From NCBI GenBank assembly GCA_963748015.1, contig CAVVHE010000008.1:416001-480000 (forward strand): a stretch of DNA of 64,000 nt, given 5' to 3'. The notes below the pieces were generated by a model. That model searched no databases. It saw nothing but the letters and a program-made list of their open reading frames with translations, and was not told the DNA's origin. The position numbers were made by a program, and so were the translations under genes. This document shows, in pieces, positions 9,746 through 19,400 of this stretch. This DNA is from Terriglobia bacterium (GTDB taxonomy: Bacteria; Acidobacteriota; Polarisedimenticolia; Polarisedimenticolales; JAIQFR01). Each line of letters opens with the position of its first letter. Positions within the stretch are counted from its first letter, which is position 1.

Positions 9746-9793
9746 AGCGCGGGTAGGACGGTTTCCGGGGTAGACTTCGCGGAAGGAGGCCGC

Positions 9794-9928
9794 ATGGCGG
9801 ACCTTAAGCCGAGAGCGAGGTGGCTGCTGGCCGGCACGATCGTCCTCGCCATCCTGGTCTACATCGTCCTCAACTGGCGCGCGGTCTCGGAGCCCCTGTC
9901 GGGAGTCCTCCGCGCGCTGTTCGGGTAG
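9794..9928 (+). CDS. Small single-TM protein, 44 aa (MADLKPRARWLLAGTIVLAILVYIVLNWRAVSEPLSGVLRALFG)
   Basis: Strong RBS GGAAGGAGG at 9781-9789, ATG at 9794, TAG at 9926-9928, GC-rich third positions and one hydrophobic helix. It is below the ORF-track size cut-off. Confidence 0.7.
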   Translation: MADLKPRARWLLAGTIVLAILVYIVLNWRAVSEPLSGVLRALFG

Positions 9929-9961
9929 CCGGGATGCGCGGCCGCGGGTGAGACGGCGCCG

Positions 9962-12406
9962 ATGATCGTCCTCGTGGCGCCGCCGCTCCTTCTCGCAGCG
10001 ATCCTCTTCGGTTCCTGCTGGCTGTGGGCGGGCTTCCACGACCGTCGCCCGGCGGTCCGCCTCCTCGCCGCCCTCACCGGCACGTCGGCGCTGATCGTCG
10101 GGCTCGAGTTGGCACTCGGGATGGCGGGCGCGCTGGCCCCCGTGCCGCTCGCCTCGTCCGCGATCCTCGTCGCCGGGCTCCTCGGCGGAGGCTTCCTCGT
10201 CGCGCGCTCGGCGCGGCGGCCTCGCGCCGGTCCGGAAACGGCCGCGCCGCCGCCGTTCGCCCCGTCGCCGCTCGGCCTCGCCCTCGGCGCCCTCACCGCC
10301 CTCGCGTACCTCTGGCTGCTCTTCGTCGGCGCGCTGGTGCCGCCGTTCGGTTGGGACACGCTGTCCTACCACCTGACCGACGTCTTCCAGCTGGCCGCGA
10401 CCCGCTCGCTCGCCCCCTTTCCCGACCCGAGCCACTCGTTCTACTACCCCAAGGCCGGGGAGCTGCACGCGGCTTGGTTCTACCTCCTGTCCGGGGCGAG
10501 GGAGTCGTCCTGGCGGGTCGCGGGGGTCGCGCTCCTGCCCCTCGCGCTCACGGCGGGGGTCGCGGTCCGTGTCGCCGGCCGCGCGCTCGGGCTCCGCGAG
10601 GCGCTGCCCTGGCTCGCTCCCGCGGTGATGCTGGCGCCGGTCGTGATGATCCAGCCGCTCGCGGGGTACGTGGACACGGCTTTCGCGGCGTTCGTGCTGG
10701 CGGCGTTCGCCTTCGGCCTGCTCGCCGCGGCCGAGGGGCGGTTCGGCCACCTGGCACTCTGCGCGCTGGCGTCGGGGCTCGCCCTCGGCGTCAAGATCTC
10801 CTTTCTCTACTTCGGCCTTCCCGTCCTCCTCGTGATCGCGGCGCCGCGCGCCTGGCGCGGGATCGTCGAGTCGTCGCCGCGCCGCCGTCTCGCTCGCCTC
10901 GCTCTCCTGGCCGTTCTCTTCGGCTGGGGGTGCGCCTACTGGTATGCCCGCAACGCCCTCGCCACCGGGAACCCGTTGTATCCGCACGAGGTGCGGGTGC
11001 TCGGCGTGACGCTCTTCCACGGCCCGGTCGAGATCTGGAAGACGGCGCAGGAGCTCTGGTTCGTCCCGTCGAAGCTGCACTGGCTGCGCTACCCGTTCCT
11101 CGAGACCTTCTTCGGCAAGCCGGCCTACACGCTCGAGAACGGCTTCGGACCGCTGTTCGCGGCGGGGTTCGTCGCGACGGTGCTCGCGCTCGCCGGCATC
11201 GCGCCCGCGCGCGACAACCTCCGGTTCCGGGCGCTCCTCGCCCTGCCCCTCACGGTTCTCTTCTGGCTGGGCGTCAACCCGACGCCGGAGCCGCGGTACG
11301 TGATCGCGTGCTGCGGCTTCGCGTTGCTCGCCCTCGGCATGCTCGCGGACCGCATCGCGGCGCCGGGCGCGGACCGGCGGGACGGAGGCGGCGCGCTCGC
11401 GCTCTTCCGCGGCGCGGTCGTGGCCGCGCTCGTGTTCTCGGCCCTCGGAGGCGCGGCGAGCGCCGCGCCTTCTCTCGGTCCCGTCCTGTCCCGCTGGCGG
11501 GCGGGACGCTGGGAGCCGCAGAGTTACTACCGCACGGCGTTCGGCGCGGCCGGAGAGGCGTTCAACTGGCTGTCGCGCGAGCCGGCCTCGCCGAAGACCG
11601 TGACCTACACGAACGCGAACTTCGCCGCCCCGCTCTTCGGCTGGCACGGCCGCAACCGCGTGGTTTTCGCTAGGACAGACGGCCGCCACGACGCGTGGGG
11701 GGTGTCCTCCGCCGAGACGTACGGCGCCTGGCGGAAGTTCCTGCTCGACCGATCCGTGGACTGGATCGTCGTCTGGATCCCGTGGTGGGGGGAGCGCTGG
11801 CCGCAGCAGGCCGAGGCGTGGATCGAGGAGCACCCGACGGACTTCGCCCTCGCCGCCGAGTTCGCGGGGCGCGCCCGCATCTTCCGTCCCGTCTTCCGCG
11901 AAGGCGAGCGGTTCGACGAGACGGCTCCCGCCCCGGCTCCCGACCTCGCGCGCCTCGACGACCCCGGCGCCTGGGCGCTCGAGTACGCGACCGGCACAAC
12001 GCTGTCGAAGACGTCGGACCCGGCGGGCGGCGTCCGGGTGGAGTACGAGTTCACGACCGCCGGGAACGACTGGGCCGACCTGCGCGCCGGCATCCGCGGA
12101 CGGGACTGGTCCCGGTTCGCCTCCTTATCCTTCTATGTAGAGGCCCCGCGGCAGGGGACTCTGCTGTTCATCTATCTCAAGGGTTCGGACCCGCGGCAGT
12201 GGTGCCGCTGGCGGCTCGACCTCGGCGGACCCGCCGAGATCGCCCGGCAGGTGACTCTCGAGCTCGCGAAGCCGGAGGCTTGCAAGGGCGACTTCGAAGC
12301 CAGGGACGTCGCGGAGCTGCACCTCGTGCTGGACGACGCCACCGACGGCGCCGCCGGCAAGGGGTCGCTGCGGGTCTCGACGTTCCGCCTCGAAGGCGGC
12401 CGTTGA
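9962..12406 (+). CDS. GT-C-like multi-pass membrane protein with C-terminal carbohydrate-binding (CBM11/CIA30-like) domain
   Basis: 'PPFGWDTLSYHL', 'YYP', 'GYVD', 'LALGVK', 'WYARNALATGNPLYP', 'EPRY'. The C-terminus 'DWSRFASLSFYV...GSLRVSTFRLE' resembles a galactose-binding-like jelly-roll. Confidence 0.75.
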   Translation: MIVLVAPPLLLAAILFGSCWLWAGFHDRRPAVRLLAALTGTSALIVGLELALGMAGALAPVPLASSAILVAGLLGGGFLVARSARRPRAGPETAAPPPFAPSPLGLALGALTALAYLWLLFVGALVPPFGWDTLSYHLTDVFQLAATRSLAPFPDPSHSFYYPKAGELHAAWFYLLSGARESSWRVAGVALLPLALTAGVAVRVAGRALGLREALPWLAPAVMLAPVVMIQPLAGYVDTAFAAFVLAAFAFGLLAAAEGRFGHLALCALASGLALGVKISFLYFGLPVLLVIAAPRAWRGIVESSPRRRLARLALLAVLFGWGCAYWYARNALATGNPLYPHEVRVLGVTLFHGPVEIWKTAQELWFVPSKLHWLRYPFLETFFGKPAYTLENGFGPLFAAGFVATVLALAGIAPARDNLRFRALLALPLTVLFWLGVNPTPEPRYVIACCGFALLALGMLADRIAAPGADRRDGGGALALFRGAVVAALVFSALGGAASAAPSLGPVLSRWRAGRWEPQSYYRTAFGAAGEAFNWLSREPASPKTVTYTNANFAAPLFGWHGRNRVVFARTDGRHDAWGVSSAETYGAWRKFLLDRSVDWIVVWIPWWGERWPQQAEAWIEEHPTDFALAAEFAGRARIFRPVFREGERFDETAPAPAPDLARLDDPGAWALEYATGTTLSKTSDPAGGVRVEYEFTTAGNDWADLRAGIRGRDWSRFASLSFYVEAPRQGTLLFIYLKGSDPRQWCRWRLDLGGPAEIARQVTLELAKPEACKGDFEARDVAELHLVLDDATDGAAGKGSLRVSTFRLEGGR

Positions 12407-12717
12407 CCCGGCGGACGGTCGCTCGTTGCCGCGCACGCAATAAATAAAATAAATTAAGCAACGAAGGCGGCGCCGTTCCGTCGACCGCTCCAGGTTTTGT
12501 GGGAGCGCCGCCCGTTTCCAGCCAGGCGCGGCGTTCTTGCACCGAGAGCTCCGCGCGACCCGTACGCACCGCGCCCCCACCGACCAGAAGCACACTCGGC
12601 GAGCAGCTACGAATCATCCTCCGAACGCAAGAAACCCACATGGGAAGAGGCTTTCCATCGCATGCCGAGATTCGATTCGGCACATTCGCCGACGTCATTG
12701 TCTCAATTGATTTCCTC

Positions 12718-12746
12718 TTGCAATCCTTCCCGCCGTCTCGTATTAG
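12718..12746 (+). promoter_or_regulatory. Candidate sigma70 promoter for the giant-gene operon
   Basis: TTGCAA-N17-TATTAG in a locally AT-richer stretch; the -10 box is imperfect. Confidence 0.3.
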
Positions 12747-12749
12747 GAA

Positions 12750-13420
12750 CGTAACACTTTTGTGTCAGTCCGAGACGAAAAGGATTATCACGGGTCGTAA
12801 GGAACGAGCGCACGTTACCGAGCGTCCCCGGAGATCGAGGCTCATACCAGGAGAAGAGGCACCACCGCCACCTCGCGGTGAACGGTTTTCGTAGGGCCAA
12901 GGGTCATCCGACGGTCCGCGGGGAGGTTCCCGAAAGGAGCTTCCCGAGAATGCAGGTGTCCGAGGGAGCGACGCTGGGGGGCAACCCGGCGCCAGGGTCG
13001 AGTCGAGGAACAGAGGGGGTTTCGTCCTCTCGAGGGGCGGTGTCCGGGGCGCGCCGACGGAGGCGCGAGGAGTAGCTAGCTGCGCGACGCGGGGGGAGAG
13101 ATCCGATTGACCGTGGCACCCGCTCGGGGACAGCCGTGACCCCGGGCTCACCGCCCGGTCACAGCTCGCGATGTCGCGCGATCGCGCGCCGATCCGGGGA
13201 GCGTGCTACACGTTCCCCTTCGTTCCCACCTCGGGCTCTTCCTCGAGTTCCACCGACAGTCGATGACGCCGGCCGCAGGCGGCTCCGCTCCTATGGGGCG
13301 GGGCGAGTCTCTTTTCAATCGCGCTTCGCCGATCAGCAGGCGGTCCTTTCGTGGGACCGCGACGGGCGCGCGCCGGCGCGCCGATCGAAGTCCAAGACCA
13401 CCGGGTAGCGGGGGCTCAAC
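12750..13420 (+). other. Long hairpin-rich non-coding leader upstream of the giant gene
   Basis: No convincing CDS. Stems at 12863-12880, 12921-12945, ~12970-12992, ~13013-13031, ~13050-13067, 13136-13162 and 13196-13218. Confidence 0.45.
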
Positions 13421-16400
13421 ATGGCAAGGAAAACCGTCAGGTCGGTCGCAAACACGTTCGCGCTCATCGTTCTGTCGCTGTCGTTGCTGGGCGCGATCGG
13501 TTTCCCGGGCAGGCACACGCGCGGGGCCCCGTTCCGGCCCCTCGAAGCCGGCCCGGCGCCGGCGTGGAAGCTGCCGAGCGGCCTGACATCCTCGGTGCTT
13601 CCGGCTGCTCCGGCGGCGCCCGTGGTCCCGGTTGCCGTCGCGGGGGCTCCGGCCCTTGCGGCGCCGGCGCCCGAGCCCCCGCCCGAGCCCGCGTTCACTT
13701 CCGCCGGCATCGTCTCCTCGTCGCCGCGGCTGCCCGACAGGCTTCCGTCGGGCCCCGGCGGGGAGCCGCCGCCGGCCCCGATGGCGGGGGAAGCGCTGAC
13801 GCGGACGTTCCAGCAGGGGGACGCGAACGCGTACAGCGGGACGGTGGACACCTACGATGACGTTGCGTTGCCGGCGGCCGACAACTCGGCCGCGGCGCTC
13901 CTCACCGCCGATGGCCCGGCCGGCGCCGCGGACGAACGGCAGGTACTGATCCGCTTCGACAACATCTTCGGCAGCGGCCCGACCCAGATCCCTCCCGGAT
14001 CGACCATCACCTCCGCCACCCTGACCGTCAACGTCTCGAACGCCTACGCGACGACAGACTACGTCCGATTCAACCGGATGAAGCAGGCCTGGAGCGCCAC
14101 CAACTCGTGGAGCACGTTCGGCTCTTCGCCCTGGAACGCCACAGGTGGCATCCAGGCCGACGACCTCGAAGCGGTTGCGGCGGCCGACATCACGACCAAC
14201 AACATCTCGACGGGATCGCAGTCGATCGCGGTCACGACCAGCCTGCAGGCCTGGTCGGCCGATCCGGCGAGCAACTTCGGATGGGTCATACGTTCGGGGG
14301 CTGCCGACTCGCTGGCCTTCGATTCCTCCGAGGTCGCTACCGTCGCGAACCGGCCCAAGCTCAGCGTGACCTTCAACCCGGCGTGTCAATCCGCTGCCGA
14401 CTGTAACGACAACATCGCCTGTACGACCGATACCTGCAACACCGGCACCGGCGTGTGCTCAAACATCGACAGTTGCACGGGCGGCCAGACCTGCAATCCC
14501 GCGAGCGGGGTGTGCGGTGTCCAGGCCATCTTCCGGGACGGTACCGGTACCTACTCCGGTACCCAGGACACGGAGATCGAGCAGGCGAACCCGACGACCG
14601 GCTATGGGTCGGTCGCCGACTGGCGCTGGGATACCGAGACAGGAACCTCCGGCAGCGCGTCGCTGGCCTTTGGCCTCGTTCGATTCGACGGCCTCTTCGG
14701 GTCCAATGCCGGCCAGATCCCGCCGGGTTCCACCGTTCAGTCCGCCACCCTCACGCTGGTCTCCTTCAACTCGACGTCGGGCACCGCGGCCAGCATCAAC
14801 GAGGTGGCCGTCGATTGGCAGGAATCGAGCGTGACGTGGGACACCTTCGGCGGCGACGCGGGGATCCAGTCCGACGAGTACCGCACGAGCCCGGCCTATT
14901 CCGCGCCTCTGTTCACCGGCGCAGCGGAAGGTCCGCCCATCGTGACCGTCACGGCAGGCATCGACGTGACGCAGAGCCTCCAGAACTGGTCGAACAACCC
15001 GGCCTTGAACTTCGGCTGGGTCTTCCGCCCGAACTCGACCGACGGCTGCCGGGTGTACTCCGCCGAGCAGACCACCGTGGCCCAGCGGCCGCTGTTGACC
15101 GTCTGGTACGTGCCTGTCGTAACCTCGTGCGCCACCGACCCCGAGTGCAGCAACGGCCTTTACTGCGACGGCGTCGAGACCTGCCCGGCCGGGACTTGCG
15201 TGGCGGGGATCGCTCCGAGCTGCGCCGACGCGTTCTCGTGCACGACCGACAGCTGCAACGAGGGGACGGATTCCTGCGATCACTCGCCGAACAACGTCGC
15301 GTGCAACGACAGTAACGTCTGCACGGACGACTCGTGCGATCCGGCGAGCGGCGACCCGGTCACAGGGTGCGTTCACCTCAACAACAGCGCGACGTGCACC
15401 GATGGAAACGCCTGCACGGACCCCGACGGCTGCCAGGGGGGGAACTGCATCTCCGGCCCGGCCGTGACCTGCAACGACAACGTCGCGTGCACGACCGACT
15501 CGTGCGTGGCCCCGACGGGCTGCCAGTACGCGGACGGCTGCACCGGCGGGCAAGTCTGCAATCACACGACCGGTATGTGCGAGACGCCGACGGTGCCGCC
15601 GCTCCCGATCAACCTTGGGGAGACATGGAAGTACTTCAAGGGGACGACGGAGCCGCCCTCGACCTGGAAGAACACCACCTTCGACGACGGCGCGTGGCTC
15701 AGCGGCGCGAGCGGGATCGGCTACGGGAACGCCGGTAGCGATTGCGAGGCGCAGCGCGGCACGACCCTCACCGACATGCTCAACTCGTACCCGTCGGTCT
15801 ACATGCGCCGGCAGTTCTACGTGGCGGACCCGGGAGCGATCTACGGTCTCGATCTCACGGTGTACTACGACGATGCGTTCGTCGCCTATCTGAACGGGCA
15901 GGAAGTCGCGCGGAGCGTCACCCCGTCCTCGCCGAACATCACCGGCAATCCGCCGGCATACGACACGGTCCCGAGCCCGGATCACGAGTGCACGGGACCC
16001 GAGACGTTCACGATCGACAAGACGAAGCTCGTCTCCGGCGTCAACGTGATCGCGATCCAGGGGCACAACGGCGGCACGGCGAGCTCGGATTTCATCGTCG
16101 CGCCGAAGCTCGAGGCGACCTCGCCTCCCAACCAGGCGCCCTCGCAGCCCTCGAGCCCCTCGCCCTCCAACAACGCGACCGCCGTGAGCCTGACCCCGGA
16201 TCTGTGCGTGACCGTGTCGGATCCTGAGGCTCAAGCGATGGGCGTGTCCTTCTTTGGTCGCGTGGCGACCGGCGCGGCGCCCCAGGACTTCACCCTCGTC
16301 GTACTGCCGGACCCGCAAGTCACGACGATGTCGTATCCGGACCTCCTCAGGTCCCAGTTCCAGTGGGCCGCGGACAATCGCGCCACTCGGAACATCGTGT

Positions 16401-19400
16401 TCTTCACCGATGTCGGCGACACGACGAACAACGGCGACGAGGCGGGCCAGGAAGGCCAGTGGGTCAACGCGAACAGCGCGTTCGTGCTCCTCGAAAATCC
16501 CGCCACGACCGGCCTGCCGGACGGCATCCCGTTCGGCCTCGCGTTGGGCAACCACGACAACGGCGGTAGCGCGCGCTCCGGGACGGATGAGGGCGCGACG
16601 ACGATCCAGTACACCAAGTACTTCGGCCTGCAACGCTTCTGTCCGGGCACCTGCGCCGTGGGAGGAGCGGCCTGCACCAAGGACGCCGATTGCACGAGCG
16701 GGATCTGCAACCCCGGCTCAACCTGCCGCAGCTACTACGGCGGGCGGTACGACTTCGGCGCTCCCTCGACCTACCCGCGCAACATGGACAACCACTACGA
16801 GCTGTTCACCGCGAGCGGGATGACCTTCGCCGTCTTCCACCTCGAGCTCGACGGCATGGGCTCCGGGTACTCGGCGACCTGCCCCGTGGGCGGAACCTGC
16901 CGGGCGGCCATCCAGTGGATGCACGGCGTTTTGGCGGCCCACCCGGCGTGGCGGGCGATCGTCGTGTCTCATTCGCTGATCGTCCCGAGCGGCGCCGCCA
17001 TGAGCGAACACGGGCAGGCCGTCCTGGACGGCATCAAGGACCTTCCCAACGTCTTCCTGACGCTGAGCGGCCACCTCGACCAGGCGAACCGGCGCACGGA
17101 CCTGGCGAACGACGGCCACAACATCTACCAGCTCGTCCAGGACTACCAGTCCCGATCGTACGGCGGGCGGGGCTGGATGAGACGATTCATCTTCTCGCCG
17201 CAGAACGACACGATCGACGTCGAGACGTTCTCCCCCTGGGTGAACTACCCGAGCACGCCCAAGACGGAAAGCCTGATCGACTCCCACGGCGACAACACCG
17301 CCGGGACCGCCCAGAACCACTTCACGTTGACGTACGACATGGACGCCGGCCTTCCCTTCACGCAGATCGGTTCCACGCAGACGGGTGTTGCGAGCGGTAC
17401 CCAGGTATGCATGTCCTGGCCCGGCCGCGCGATGAACACGACGTACGAGTGGTACGCAACCGCCTCCGACGGAAACTCCTCCGCCGCGAGCCCGTACTGG
17501 CGATTCACGACGGCGACGACGTGCGACGAGGATGCGGACTGCAGCGATCTCCTTTGGTGCAACGGCGCGGAGACCTGCAATCTGGGGACGTCCACCTGCG
17601 TCGCCGGGACGCCTCCGGACTGCGGCGATGCGATCGCATGCACGGCGGACGGCTGCAACGAGGCGACGGACTCGTGCGATCACGTTCCGAATCACGCGAT
17701 GTGCGCCGATTCCTTGGAGTGCACCGACGACAGCTGCGACCTGCTGGCGGGCTGCGTAAACACCCCTGACGACACGAATGCCTGCTCGGACGGCAACGCG
17801 TGCACGGCGCCCGACTCTTGCGTCGCTGGGTCCTGCGTTTCCGGCCCGGCCGTGACCTGCAACGACGGGGTCGCGTGCACCGACGATGCCTGCGTTCCGG
17901 CCACCGGCTGCGAGTACACCGGCAATTGCTCGGTGGGCTGGCGCTGCAACCTTGCGACGGGCGCGTGCGAGGAAGGCTGTGCCGCCGATCCGGACTGCGA
18001 CGACGGCGACGCCTGCACGACCGACACGTGCGATCTCCCGAACGCCGCGGCGCTCGACTTCGACGGCGGCAACGACTACGTGACGATGGGGGCGGCGGCC
18101 GGGGAAACGGCGCTCGGCGCGCGGGCCTTCACGCTGGAAGCGTGGATCAAGCGGGACGGCGCGACCTGGGGCGCCACTACGAGCACGGGGTCGGGAGGCG
18201 TAACGGCGGTCCCGCTGGTCACGAAGGGCCGGGGCGAGTCCGACACCGGCAATCTCAACTGCAACTACTTCCTCGGGATCACGGCGGCGGGCGTTCCGGT
18301 CGCCGACTTCGAGCAGCACGGGGCCGCCGGCGGGTGGGCCGATGGACAGAATCACCCGGCCTGCGGAACCGGGACGATCACGGACCAGAACTGGCACCAC
18401 GTCGCCGTGACCTACAGCACGACCGACGGATGGCGGATCTACCTCGACGGTGTCGAGGGCACCGCGGCGGACGGGACGGGCTGCACGACCTGCAGTCCAG
18501 CGGGTTCCTGCCCCAGGAGCCCGGGCGTGTTGCCGGAGTACGACAGCATCCAGCATTTCGGTCTCGGTACGGCGATGAACTCCAGCGGGACTCCCGAGGG
18601 GTACTTCGCGGGGATGATGGACGAAGCCCGCGTGTGGAACCTGGCCCTCGCCCAGTCCGACATCCAGGCGAACATGCACTCCGCGCTGATCGCCGGCACG
18701 GGCCTCGTCGGCCGCTGGGGTCTCGAGGAGGGAAACGGGACGGCAGCCGCCGACTCGACGACTCCCGCCCAGAACGGCACGCTCACGAACGGCCCGCTGT
18801 GGATCGCGACGGACCTGCCGGCCCTGGGGGACGGCACGTGCGCGCACACGACGGTCCCGGGGTGCTGCAATACGGATCTCGAGTGCGATGACTCGGTTCC
18901 ATGCACGACCGATTCCTGCAATCTCGTGTCGCACACCTGCGTGAACGCTCCCCCGATCGGATTCTGCTGCGTGGCCGCGGACTGCGCCGACGCGAATCCC
19001 TGCACGGATGACGCCTGCGTCGACACCGTGTGCGTCAACACGAACAACACGGCCTCGTGCAACGACGGCAACGCGTGCACGACGGCGGACGTGTGCTCGA
19101 ACGGGACATGCGCCGGCACCACCGTCAGCTGCGACGACGGGAACGTCTGCACGGACGACAGCTGCGTTCCGGCGACCGGCTGCGCTCACGCGAACAACGC
19201 CGCCGCGTGCGACGACACGAACGCCTGCACGACCGCGGACGCTTGTTCCGGCGGAGCGTGCGACGGCGAGTACGTTCCTTGGCCGGGCTGCTGCTCGACG
19301 AACGCGCACTGTGACGACGGGAACGGGGGAACGGCGGACGTCTGCACGGCCGGTACGTGCAGCAACACGCCGACCTGCACGACCAACGAGCAGTGCGCCG

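Noticed and set aside
12177..13408. Short ORFs in the intergenic region (e.g. 12499-12894, 12765-13151)
   Set aside because: No coding-like codon bias, motifs or good RBS.
12750..13420. Known RNA genes or riboswitches (c-di-GMP-I/II, c-di-AMP, glycine, RNase P, tmRNA, SRP) and an RfaH ops site
   Set aside because: I could not find their conserved cores by eye. CGGGTAGCGG at ~13402 is only a partial ops match.
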